Assembly (NCBI GenBank): GCA_042570405.1
Contig: JBHPGR010000004.1
Location: 4,474 to 68,473 of the forward strand
Direction: 5' to 3'
DNA length: 64,000 nt
Source of the DNA: Candidatus Omnitrophota bacterium
GTDB taxonomy: Bacteria; Omnitrophota; Gorgyraeia; Gygaellales; Profunditerraquicolaceae
Shown: positions 53,218-62,389 of the stretch, in pieces
How positions within the stretch are numbered: position 1 is the stretch's first letter
Layout of the letters: each line of letters begins with the position of its first letter
The notes under the pieces: model-generated
The model's database searches: none
The model's input: only the letters and a program-made list of their open reading frames with translations
What the model was told of the DNA's origin: nothing
Made by a program: the position numbers and the translations under genes

Positions 53218-53454
53218 CTAATCTATCCTCCCTCCGTTAATGACCTTTTTGATCTCAAGAAGAGTCATACCCTTGGACTGAAGCGTTTTTATCCTTTTGA
53301 TCCGCTTAAATACATCCTCTTTGTAAAGCCGGTGCCCCGCAGGCGTACGCCGGGCCTCATTGATCAGGCCCAACTGCGTATAATAATGCACCATCTGCCG
53401 GGATAAGCCGGAATTCTCGATCAGCTCGCCGACCTTAAACAACTTCCTTATCAT
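53218..53454 (-). CDS. MerR-family HTH transcriptional regulator (short, 78 aa)
   Basis: KVGELIENSGLSRQMVHYYTQLGLI...RTPAGHRLY. Confidence 0.75.
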   Translation of the reverse strand: MIRKLFKVGELIENSGLSRQMVHYYTQLGLINEARRTPAGHRLYKEDVFKRIKRIKTLQSKGMTLLEIKKVINGGRID

Positions 53455-53537
53455 GACCTCTTCCCCTTAACTGATACTCAAAATCTTAAGATACTGCCCT
53501 CAAGTACTTACAACAAAGTATAAAGTACATTTTATAT

Positions 53538-53565
53538 AGTATATTATAGAATATGTATCTGTCAA
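53538..53565 (-). promoter_or_regulatory. Promoter candidate TTGACA-N16-TATACT upstream of the MerR gene
   Basis: Hexamers read on the reverse strand in an AT-rich 217-nt intergenic region. Confidence 0.35.
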
Positions 53566-53589
53566 GCATTTAATTTTTACTCTTCCCAA

Positions 53590-53630
53590 TAAAAAACCCA
53601 GCATCAAAATCTTTTTACTTAATGCTGGGC
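53590..53630 (-). terminator. Rho-independent terminator candidate
   Basis: 8-bp stem cccagcat / atgctggg with a 17-nt loop, followed on the reverse strand by TTTTTTATT. Confidence 0.55.
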
Positions 53631-53671
53631 GGAATTCTGGATTGTTTATCTTGCGCTAACTCTTCCTTTAC

Positions 53672-54469
53672 CTACAAGCGCTCCCTTCTTCTTTTGCCGA
53701 TCTTACCTATCTCGCCGCTGGTCAGCGACCTGGTAATATAGATCACCTTATTCCCGTTTGTCACAAGGTCCACTTCCTTGGCTTCCTTTAAATATTCTCC
53801 GTCCCTGTCCATGATCACCTTGACCTTAGGCCTAAGCATGGAGTCCTTATTGATCTGGGCAACGCGTCCGATCTCCTTGCTGGAAAGCTGTACCCAACTC
53901 CCCTCAGGATAAAGACTTACCTCATCTAAAAGGATCTTTAACAAGTCCCGGTCAAAGGAAGGATCAGTATTTATCATCGAAGATATTGCATCATAAGCTG
54001 TCATCTCGATTCTGTAGGATGGAGGATGGGTCATCGAATCGTAGATATCCGCCAACCCCACTACCCTTTCGATCTCCTGGTCCAACTCTTTCCCCCCGGA
54101 AAGCTTAATACGAAACTTAGCGTCTCCCTTGGCATGACTCAAGGCTTTCAGCCCCAGAGACTTAAGGCGCTTATTTTCAAAATCAAGCTTTAAGCCGATC
54201 TTTATGGATATAATAGTAACGTTAAGCGAGTGGGCAAAGATATAGTCTTTTTCAAAGACCTTACTGGTATAAAGCAGGAGGGGATTATCTTTCTTAGAGA
54301 GGGTATCAATAATAAAATCCACAAGACTGCTTGCGAAATCAAAAGCCGGACCTTCCCCTGCTATACCGGAAAGCTCTTTTACCTTCGTAAACAGGCCATC
54401 ATAGATCTCTTCGATCTTCTGCGCTTGTTCCTGGCTCATGATCGTCTCATGGTGATCGTATCCGGTCAT
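53672..54469 (-). CDS. Degenerate HD-GYP-like domain protein
   Basis: It aligns with the 51331-52377 protein (AHSLNV..., LADIYDSMTHPPSYR, C-terminal YPEGSWVQLSS.EIGRV). However, the HD dyad reads HA and the GYP segment is absent. Confidence 0.55.
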   Translation of the reverse strand: MTGYDHHETIMSQEQAQKIEEIYDGLFTKVKELSGIAGEGPAFDFASSLVDFIIDTLSKKDNPLLLYTSKVFEKDYIFAHSLNVTIISIKIGLKLDFENKRLKSLGLKALSHAKGDAKFRIKLSGGKELDQEIERVVGLADIYDSMTHPPSYRIEMTAYDAISSMINTDPSFDRDLLKILLDEVSLYPEGSWVQLSSKEIGRVAQINKDSMLRPKVKVIMDRDGEYLKEAKEVDLVTNGNKVIYITRSLTSGEIGKIGKRRRERL

Positions 54470-54837
54470 TTATTCAGCGCCCCGTCTACCTTGGTTACCA
54501 GCTCTTTCATGTCAGAGGACTTCTTGAAATAATCTACGACATTTAAGTTCCGCGTCAGGACCTGCGCGTCATCGTCTTCGATTCCCGTGCACATAATGAT
54601 CGGTATCTTGCTCGTAGCAGGCGATGCCTTAAGCTTAAACGCAGTGGCGATACCGTCTAGTTCTGGCATCTTGATATCCAGGACTATAATATCCGGAAGT
54701 GATACCTTTGCCTGCTCAATGCATTGCTTCCCGTTAAAAGCGATATCAACGCTGTAACCGGCGCTCTTGAGCCGGTAAGAGACCATTTTAGCGAATTCCG
54801 GCTCGTCGTCTACGGCCAAAACCCTACCCTTAGACAT
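54466..54837 (-). CDS. Single-domain response regulator (receiver)
   Basis: RVLAVDDE...DIIVLDIKMPELDG...TG. A 4-nt ATGA overlap joins it to the degenerate HD-GYP gene. Confidence 0.85.
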   Translation of the reverse strand: MSKGRVLAVDDEPEFAKMVSYRLKSAGYSVDIAFNGKQCIEQAKVSLPDIIVLDIKMPELDGIATAFKLKASPATSKIPIIMCTGIEDDDAQVLTRNLNVVDYFKKSSDMKELVTKVDGALNK

Positions 54838-54942
54838 ACTCCTTCACCCCTCCAGCTAGATAGTCCAAGACCATTCTACTCAACTACGTATTGTACCACA
54901 ATTAATTAAGAATAAATAGATTTATTTTCCGGCACCCTAATA

Positions 54943-56022
54943 TTACCTGGAAGCAATCTTCCTGTATCTCCTGAGGGTCACCGTCCTTCTCTCGATAAAA
55001 CCTATCGCTCTTACTGCCAGGTATATTCCGATCCCCAAAAGTAATAATAATAATAGGGCGTATTGATTGGGGATCAGCACGAAGAGGAAAGCGATGATCC
55101 CAAAATATACCGCTGCCATATAAAGGGCGGATACTATCTGTCTCTGGGTAAGGCCGAGGTCCAGCAGCCGGTGATGCAGATGTTTTTTATCAGCGATGAA
55201 TATCGAACCCTTGCGGATCAGCCTGCGGTATATCACCAGGAAGACATCGGATATTGGTATGGCCAGGGCGCAGATCGGGATGATCAGGGCTGTGGCGGTG
55301 ACTATCTTATATTGCAGGCCGGCAAGTCCGGTCACCGCCAGAATAAACCCCAGGAACATACTTCCGGTATCACCCAGGAAGATCTTTGCCGGGGGAAAAT
55401 TATAATAAAGGAACCCCAGCGTACTCCCGCAGAGGATACTTAGGATCGTCACGCTGACCAGCGTCTTAAGATAAAGCCCCACGAATAAAAGGCTGGCTGC
55501 GGATATGAAGACGATCCCCGGGGCAAGGCCGTCTATCCCGTCGATCAGGTTTATGGCGTTGATCATCCCCAGCACCCAGAAGACAGAAAAGAACATACTT
55601 AACAAAAACGGTATCTGCACCTCCTGGCCGTTAAAGGGGTTAGTCAATAGCTCTATGCGGAAACCATAGTGGAAAAGGACCAGGGCAACGACCATCTGCC
55701 CGGAGAGCTTGATCAGCGGCCTTATCCCCTTTATGTCATCCCAAAGCCCCAGGATGATCAGTAAAATCAGCGCGATCAGGACCCCGGAGAAACGGGGGGA
55801 AAAAAGTTCGTAAAAATCGCGGTAAAAGAACATCGCATAAGATAAGACCGCCATAAAAGAGATGATCACTGCTATACCCCCCAGGCGGGGCAGGGGTTTT
55901 TTATGGATCTTGCGCCTTTGCGGATTATCAAGGAAACCGAACTTAAGGCAGAATCTGCGCGTCAGTGGAGTAAGAAGAAAGGAAAGGATAAAGCCAAATA
56001 AGAACAAGAATATTACATTCAT
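54943..56022 (-). CDS. Glycosyltransferase family 4 polyprenyl-phosphate HexNAc-1-phosphate transferase (WecA/MraY family)
   Basis: About 11 TM helices with motifs DD.KG, NAINLIDGIDGLA and FLGDTGS. Confidence 0.85.
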   Translation of the reverse strand: MNVIFLFLFGFILSFLLTPLTRRFCLKFGFLDNPQRRKIHKKPLPRLGGIAVIISFMAVLSYAMFFYRDFYELFSPRFSGVLIALILLIILGLWDDIKGIRPLIKLSGQMVVALVLFHYGFRIELLTNPFNGQEVQIPFLLSMFFSVFWVLGMINAINLIDGIDGLAPGIVFISAASLLFVGLYLKTLVSVTILSILCGSTLGFLYYNFPPAKIFLGDTGSMFLGFILAVTGLAGLQYKIVTATALIIPICALAIPISDVFLVIYRRLIRKGSIFIADKKHLHHRLLDLGLTQRQIVSALYMAAVYFGIIAFLFVLIPNQYALLLLLLLGIGIYLAVRAIGFIERRTVTLRRYRKIASR

Positions 56023-57176
56023 CCCGCAGCCCCTTTCGCCTTTAATAGATCCCCGTAAACTTCCTCGACCTTCTCGACCATGCGCGACACCGAAAACTCC
56101 TCCCCTATATGATGCCTGGCCGCTTCCCCCAATCTTTTTGCCATGGCGCTATCAGTGAGCAGCCTGATTATAGCCAAAGCCAAAGCATCACTGTCTGCAG
56201 GCTCGATCAGCAGGCCGGTTTCGTTATCCTTGACGATCTCGACGATCCCTCCGACCTTCGTTGCCACTACAGGCCTGCCCATGATCTGGGCCTCAAGCAG
56301 GACCCTGCCCATACCTTCGAATAACGAAGGAAGGCAGGCGATATCAAAAATGGAAGTGATCTCCGGGATATCTTCCCTGAAACCGGTAAAGATCACATGG
56401 TCAAGGACCCCTAATTCCTCTGCCTGTTCCTTTAGATTATCGCGCAGATATCCGTCGCCTACAAGCATAAATCTTACCCTGGGGACCCTCTGGATGATCT
56501 TTACTGCCGCCTGCAGGAGGTATTTATGCCCCTTCCCCTCCCAGAGCTTAGAGACCATCCCTACGACTAGCTCATCATCCTCGATCCCGAATCCTCTCCT
56601 GATCTTCTCCCGGTCAAAATCCCTGCGGAATTTATCGAATTCTATACCGTCATAATTTATTACGTACTTTCCCGGGTCCCCGATCCCCTCGCTTAACCCC
56701 CATTCCCTTAAGGGCTTTGAGATAATCAGCAGTTTATCGGTAAGGCCAGCGGTAAACCTCTCGATGGATTTAAAGAGCCAGCGCCTGAAGGGGCTTTCAA
56801 AGCGGTGAAAGGAAAAGCCGTGGAAGGTATGTATGATTATCGGGACACCGCTGATCTTTGCCGCGAGCCTGCCGATCACTCCTGCCTTGGAATTATGCGT
56901 ATGGACTATGGTGTATTTACGGCGGCGGGTCAACAAGACCATCTCGATCAGGGCCAGAATGTCTTTGATTATATGGACCTCCTGTACAAAATGCTTTACC
57001 GGCCTCACCGTGATCCCGGTCGAAGCGATTTTCTCTATCAATGGCCCGCCCGGTGCACAGGCAAACTCTACATCATACTTATCCTTATCCAGCCCTTTGA
57101 TCATATAGTAGACCGCAAGCCCGGAGCCGCTGACTACCGGCAATGTATGTACGAAGAGTACTTTGATCTTATCCAT
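56019..57176 (-). CDS. Glycosyltransferase, GT4 family (GT-B fold)
   Basis: The C-terminal half has PSLFEGMGRVLLEAQIMGRPVVAT..GG..E (EX7E region). Confidence 0.8.
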   Translation of the reverse strand: MDKIKVLFVHTLPVVSGSGLAVYYMIKGLDKDKYDVEFACAPGGPLIEKIASTGITVRPVKHFVQEVHIIKDILALIEMVLLTRRRKYTIVHTHNSKAGVIGRLAAKISGVPIIIHTFHGFSFHRFESPFRRWLFKSIERFTAGLTDKLLIISKPLREWGLSEGIGDPGKYVINYDGIEFDKFRRDFDREKIRRGFGIEDDELVVGMVSKLWEGKGHKYLLQAAVKIIQRVPRVRFMLVGDGYLRDNLKEQAEELGVLDHVIFTGFREDIPEITSIFDIACLPSLFEGMGRVLLEAQIMGRPVVATKVGGIVEIVKDNETGLLIEPADSDALALAIIRLLTDSAMAKRLGEAARHHIGEEFSVSRMVEKVEEVYGDLLKAKGAAG

Positions 57177-58248
57177 TTTTTTTAAGTAAGCTCTGCGCTG
57201 CTCTCAGGACTTCATCCGTCGAGATCTCTTCCATGCAGCGCATATCGCTACAGCGCCTCCTGTAGCAGGGGCTGCACCTGACGTCCTTTTTTATCACCCT
57301 GAAATTTTCGGCATCGCCGTAGGGGAAATACCTGCTGGGCGCAGGCCCGAAGACCGCGACCAGTGGTGTGCCGACTGCGGCTGCGATGTGCATCGGCCCT
57401 GCGTCAGTCGAGATATAAAGACCGCACCTTTTTATCAGGGCGACTAGTTGCGGGATAGTCAAAAGGCCGGCACTGATCACTGGCTCAGACTTCATGAACG
57501 AGGCTATCTTCTCACAGGGCCCTTTATCCTTCAGCGAACCGGTAATGATTATCTTCGCCCCGTATTTGTCAACCAGCGCATCCGCCACCTCTGCAAAGCG
57601 CCCCGGGCGCCATCTGCGCGTCAGCCTCCAGGCTGAACCGGGATTTATGCCTACCAGAAGGTCCTTAGCGCCGATATTGCGCTCTGAAAGAAAACCGGCA
57701 ATAAAATCCAGGTCCTTCCTTTCGGTCTCCAGGAATAAAGCGTCGCTATCCGCCTCTGCCCCGATCGCGCGCGCTAAACGCAGATTGCTTGCTACCTCAT
57801 GATCGTCTCTTTTGTCTGACTCTGCGGACCGAAGATCAAAGAAGAATCCCCTGCCCTGCGTATTCCTGCCGGCGGTAAACCCGACACCCGCTGCCTTAAG
57901 CAACAGCCAGACCCTAAACGCCCCACTTAAAGAAAATAGCTGAAGCAGGTTCACGGCCAGATCAAACTTCTGATTACGTAAATCCCTGATCGTCGACCAA
58001 TTGCTCCGGCTAAAGAAGAGGCCGGGGCTTAGTCTTCCGCCGTAATCCAGGCTGTAGATACTATCCAGATCCTGTGAGTTTTCCAGTAGACCTTTAGCCC
58101 TTGCGCTAGTAAGCAGGGCGATCTGCGCCTCGGGAAAGTGCTGCCTTATCGCCTTGATCGCCGGCGTAGCCATGACTAAATCACCTATGCCGGCTAACTG
58201 TACAAGCAGGATCTTGTCAATCTTATCCGGTAACGGATTGTTTTTCAT
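57169..58248 (-). CDS. Glycosyltransferase family 9 (heptosyltransferase-like)
   Basis: ILLVQLAGIGDLVMATPAIKAIRQHFPEA and C-terminal DAGPMHIAAAVGTPLVAVFGP. Confidence 0.8.
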   Translation of the reverse strand: MKNNPLPDKIDKILLVQLAGIGDLVMATPAIKAIRQHFPEAQIALLTSARAKGLLENSQDLDSIYSLDYGGRLSPGLFFSRSNWSTIRDLRNQKFDLAVNLLQLFSLSGAFRVWLLLKAAGVGFTAGRNTQGRGFFFDLRSAESDKRDDHEVASNLRLARAIGAEADSDALFLETERKDLDFIAGFLSERNIGAKDLLVGINPGSAWRLTRRWRPGRFAEVADALVDKYGAKIIITGSLKDKGPCEKIASFMKSEPVISAGLLTIPQLVALIKRCGLYISTDAGPMHIAAAVGTPLVAVFGPAPSRYFPYGDAENFRVIKKDVRCSPCYRRRCSDMRCMEEISTDEVLRAAQSLLKKNG

Positions 58249-58260
58249 CTTTACCCTGGC

Positions 58261-59394
58261 CTATTGTCCTTGCAAAATATTATCGTAGATACCCTCTGCC
58301 TTGACAATCATTTGTTCAACCCTATAATCCCGTTCAACCAGCTTGCGGCCGGACCCACCGATCGCTTCCCGCCTTTGGGGAGCTTCTAATAAGCCTTTAA
58401 CCGCTCTGGCAATTGCCGAGGCATCACCCGGAGCAACTAAAAGTCCGTTCTTTCCATCCTCGATCAACTCGGTTACGCCCCCGATGCGAGTGGCTACAAT
58501 CGCCTTGCGCATAGCCATCGCCTCCAGTAAGATCAATGGGAAACCTTCTGAAAAGGAAGGCAAAACCAAGACTTCTAAAAGGGCAAGCAGCTGCGGCACA
58601 TCCTTTCTATTCCCGAGAAATCTACAATTTCCGGATATGCCCAGCTGACCAGCTAGACTTTCAAGCCGCAAGCGCATCGGCCCGTCGCCGACGATCAGGC
58701 ATACAAGATGCGGAAAGGAAACTGATAATTCTTTGACTGCCCGCAGGAGGTACCGGTGGCCTTTATGCTCTGCCAATCTGCAGATCGCCCCGATCACCGG
58801 CTGCGAATCCAATTCTAACTCTTTTCTTAAATTGTCAGCAATCTGCACAGAGGAAAATCTATCCAGATCTATACCGTTTTGAATCACCGTGATCTTCTTT
58901 GGATCTAAGGAGGCCTTAGCGGTTAATTCTTGCGCTAACGCGCCAGAGACGCAGATGATCTTATCACACAGACGCAGGCTCAGGTTATCTAATAAAAGAT
59001 AAAACCATTTGATCCAGCCTGCTGTCGGATACCGGTAAAGTGAGATGTGAATCGTTGAAATAATTACCGGGGTCTTGGCCCACTTACCTGCAAGCCGGCC
59101 GTAAAATCCCAGACGGTGGCCGTGGGTATGTATTATATCGATCCGATTATCCCTGAGAAATCTCTTAAGTTGCAGCAACACCTTGAATTTAAATTTTGTC
59201 TTCATCCTTAAGACCAGGGGGTTAAAACCCCGCTTTCTTAACTCTCCGGAAAATTCGGCTTCGTAAGGGCAGGCAAAAAAGAGGTTATATTTGTCTTTAT
59301 CCAGCCGATCCGCTAAATATAGCAGGTGTTCCTCACCGCCCCCGACGCCGGCAGTAGAGATTATAATAAGGATGTTTGTCTTATTCATTATCAA
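58261..59394 (-). CDS. Glycosyltransferase, GT4 family
   Basis: PSFSEGFPLILLEAMAMRKAIVATRIGGVTELI. Confidence 0.8.
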   Translation of the reverse strand: MIMNKTNILIIISTAGVGGGEEHLLYLADRLDKDKYNLFFACPYEAEFSGELRKRGFNPLVLRMKTKFKFKVLLQLKRFLRDNRIDIIHTHGHRLGFYGRLAGKWAKTPVIISTIHISLYRYPTAGWIKWFYLLLDNLSLRLCDKIICVSGALAQELTAKASLDPKKITVIQNGIDLDRFSSVQIADNLRKELELDSQPVIGAICRLAEHKGHRYLLRAVKELSVSFPHLVCLIVGDGPMRLRLESLAGQLGISGNCRFLGNRKDVPQLLALLEVLVLPSFSEGFPLILLEAMAMRKAIVATRIGGVTELIEDGKNGLLVAPGDASAIARAVKGLLEAPQRREAIGGSGRKLVERDYRVEQMIVKAEGIYDNILQGQ

Positions 59395-59401
59395 AAATAG
59401 C

Positions 59402-60184
59402 CTATTTTCCGGCGCTTAAAATCAGGGAGCGCGCAAAATAATCATCCAGAATAGTAGGTATCTCCAAAAGATCGTCTCTTAACCTGATCCTCCGGCCGAA
59501 AAGCTTTCTAACCGGGCAAAAGAGCATAAAGTGATAAAAATCATGTAAAAAAGATGTGCTGAGGATCCGGCAGTCTTTAAGCCTTAGGCTTTCTGCTAGA
59601 CCTGACAATTCCCGCCGCGAAAAAGGAATCTCTAAACCCACCTTCCAATAACCTAACCATTGGGCGAGTATCTTGAATATCCTATAGGGCAGGCACCAGG
59701 CATTAGGCACGCCGATCAAAAGCATCCCGCCTTCTTTTATCAGCGAATAATGGACTTGGAATATTCTGCGCCGCTTAGGATAGCGGAAATGTTCAGCAAG
59801 CCCGTAAGACATCGCAATGTCAAAACGCTCAAGCAAGTCCTGCGGAAGATTAAATATATCGCATTGCAAGAATGTGGCCTTAAGATTAAAATAGCGAAAG
59901 AATGATTCTGCCTCTTCTAGGGCCTTGGTGCTATAGTCTACAACCGTAACCTCTGCTCCCTCCCGGGCAAAAAGCAAAGACTTTTCTGCCATCCCGCAGC
60001 CGATCTCCACTGTCTTCAGTCCCCTGAATGCGCCGAATTTACTCAATACCCTCGTCTTTATCTTCTTCCAGCCTACAGAAACAAGGTCCTCTCTAGTAAT
60101 CCTTTCGTAACCTTGCGGTGAAAAATCTCCCTTTTGCCAAAAATCTTCCCAGAGCGCTTCTTTATTATTCAAGGATTCCTTCAC
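59402..60184 (-). CDS. Class I SAM-dependent methyltransferase
   Basis: VEIGCGMAEKSLLFAREGAEVTVVDYS (motif I, post-I). Confidence 0.75.
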   Translation of the reverse strand: MKESLNNKEALWEDFWQKGDFSPQGYERITREDLVSVGWKKIKTRVLSKFGAFRGLKTVEIGCGMAEKSLLFAREGAEVTVVDYSTKALEEAESFFRYFNLKATFLQCDIFNLPQDLLERFDIAMSYGLAEHFRYPKRRRIFQVHYSLIKEGGMLLIGVPNAWCLPYRIFKILAQWLGYWKVGLEIPFSRRELSGLAESLRLKDCRILSTSFLHDFYHFMLFCPVRKLFGRRIRLRDDLLEIPTILDDYFARSLILSAGK

Positions 60185-61212
60185 TCAAGTGCCTCTTTAA
60201 TAAAATCGGCCAATATCCCGGCGGCATGACTATGCCCTTCTTTAGTCCAATGTATATCCTTCAGATAATAAAACCCCATGACCTCCTCTTGATTTAGTTT
60301 TTCGTAATGATCTAAAAAATCCAGATAGGGAATATTATTATCCCGGCAAAAATCTTTAATTATCTGATTAGGATTCCTGTAATAATATTTGCGCTTATCA
60401 AAAAGTTCCCTTTTGAATACCTGCGGCTTATCGGGGATATTTATAAGCAGCATCTTGATATTGTTTTCTTTGCAGATGGTAAGCAGTGACTCCAGGCAAT
60501 TTAGCTGGGAAGCCACAGCAGATCTTTCTAATTCGGGCAATGCTTTTAGATATATCGCTTTATTACTATACCTTATATTGCAGCGGAAGAGTAAGTCGTC
60601 TATGTAATCGATCTGGATCAAGCGGTTCCAGATAAAGTCCAGGAAGTAGATCTTTTTAGAGAGGCTTTGTTTGACCGTATCGATCCCGGGTAACTGCCCC
60701 CGGAATCCTGGGTCGGTATAGGCGAGTGCGTCATAAAAATCATTACCGATAAATGTTTGTACGATTATCGCATCCGGCTCAAGGCCTATGCCTTTCTGGA
60801 TCAGGAAATCGCGATTCTTGCAAGCCGATGTCGGCCCTCCCGCGTTGATCAGGCTAAACCTCAGCCTGACACCGTTATGCTCATTCAGCAACTCCTCGGT
60901 AAGCGTAACGAATGCATCATCGATATCGACACCCAGGCCAAAGGTATAGGAATCCCCCAGGCAGAGGATCCTGAATTCATTATCTCTTTTGGCGCTGATC
61001 TCATCGTCTCTGATATTAAGGCTATTTGTGTATACTAGCGTCTTAAACTCAAGATCATCCAACCTGTACATGGAGTTTGGTCCGGGAGACTTTCGGTAGC
61101 GGGGAAAATTATACACTGTAAGCCTCAAGGTCAATTCGAGCGCAAGAAAGACCAACGCTAAGGCAAAAAAGATAAGGGAAATATTTATAATAATACTTTT
61201 ATTGAGGCGCAT
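60181..61212 (-). CDS. SGNH/GDSL-type hydrolase or acyltransferase family protein (membrane-anchored)
   Basis: N-terminal TM helix, ILCLGDSYTFG (block I) and DIHWT..GH near the C-terminus. Confidence 0.6.
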   Translation of the reverse strand: MRLNKSIIINISLIFFALALVFLALELTLRLTVYNFPRYRKSPGPNSMYRLDDLEFKTLVYTNSLNIRDDEISAKRDNEFRILCLGDSYTFGLGVDIDDAFVTLTEELLNEHNGVRLRFSLINAGGPTSACKNRDFLIQKGIGLEPDAIIVQTFIGNDFYDALAYTDPGFRGQLPGIDTVKQSLSKKIYFLDFIWNRLIQIDYIDDLLFRCNIRYSNKAIYLKALPELERSAVASQLNCLESLLTICKENNIKMLLINIPDKPQVFKRELFDKRKYYYRNPNQIIKDFCRDNNIPYLDFLDHYEKLNQEEVMGFYYLKDIHWTKEGHSHAAGILADFIKEALE

Positions 61213-62383
61213 CTCTCTTTCTACTGGCCATTATATTCTCATTTAGAGCGATAATTTTGTCTTTAAATTTATCCCAACCAAAAGACTTCTCAACCCTTGC
61301 CCGCGCCCTTTTACCCATTGTTGCGGCCAGTTCTTTATCCCTGAGTAATTTTAAAATCGCTGCCGCAACTTCATCCGGATCAAGCGGGTCATTGATTAAA
61401 ATCCCGGTGCTGCCGTCCTCTACGCTCTCTATAACGCCTCCGGATCTGCCTCCGATAACCGGCTTCTTGAAAGCCGCTGCCTCAAGGAAAACCAGCGCAA
61501 ATCCTTCCACATCTCCTCGCTCCGGGATCTCGCGGTTGACCATAATAAATATATCCGCAAGATTATAATAATTGTGTATTTCCCCCAGGGGTATCTCACC
61601 TGTAAAAATAACCTGCTGCTTCAAGCCCAACTCTTCGATCAACATCCTTAATTTTTTCTCGGTGGGGCCGCTTCCCGTTATTACATAGGCACAATTAGGG
61701 AATTCTTCTAAAACCCTCGGCAGGGCCCTAAGCACAACCTGGTGGTTTTTTCTTTCCGCTAGTCTTGCTACGGTAAGCAAAACCACTTTGCCCTCAAGCC
61801 CAAGCTGTTCTTTAGTGACTGCATCCTTGTCCGCGCGGAACTCCTTTAAATCAACTCCCGGGGGTATCTTGAATATTTTTTCTCTTTCCACTCCCAGGCC
61901 AACGAGCATATTTACCGTATAATCGCATATCGATATGACTGCCTCGGCGTTTCTCAAAACCTTAGCAATAATGAATCTTTTCAAGCGGCTTCTATTAAAA
62001 TGGCCGATTTCTTCCGCAAAGGTATAAACGATATAGGGCATACCGAAAAACTTCTTGATGATCAATGCGCACTCACCAGAGGGATGCACCGTCCCGCAAT
62101 GCAGGATATCCGGCTTTTGCTTAAAGATCTGCCTGATAACGCCGCAGAGAAGCCAAAAGGGACCGATGATGCTGGTAGGATGTAATAGAGAAAAAGATTT
62201 CTCCCATATCCAATGCCGGCTGATCTTAATTTTCTGTTTTTTATCGAACTCTTCGCTGCCGGGTCTTTTCATGGTATAGACTGCGACCTCATGAGAGCCC
62301 ATCCGGCTATAGAGATTGTATAGATGAAAAGCCGCGCCGCCGACTAAGGGTGGGAATTGCTCTGTAATCAACAGGAATTTCAT
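61199..62383 (-). CDS. Glycosyltransferase, GT4 family
   Basis: EGFALVFLEAAAFKKPVIGGRSGGVIESV. Confidence 0.8.
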   Translation of the reverse strand: MKFLLITEQFPPLVGGAAFHLYNLYSRMGSHEVAVYTMKRPGSEEFDKKQKIKISRHWIWEKSFSLLHPTSIIGPFWLLCGVIRQIFKQKPDILHCGTVHPSGECALIIKKFFGMPYIVYTFAEEIGHFNRSRLKRFIIAKVLRNAEAVISICDYTVNMLVGLGVEREKIFKIPPGVDLKEFRADKDAVTKEQLGLEGKVVLLTVARLAERKNHQVVLRALPRVLEEFPNCAYVITGSGPTEKKLRMLIEELGLKQQVIFTGEIPLGEIHNYYNLADIFIMVNREIPERGDVEGFALVFLEAAAFKKPVIGGRSGGVIESVEDGSTGILINDPLDPDEVAAAILKLLRDKELAATMGKRARARVEKSFGWDKFKDKIIALNENIMASRKRDAPQ

Positions 62384-62389
62384 CTCTAT

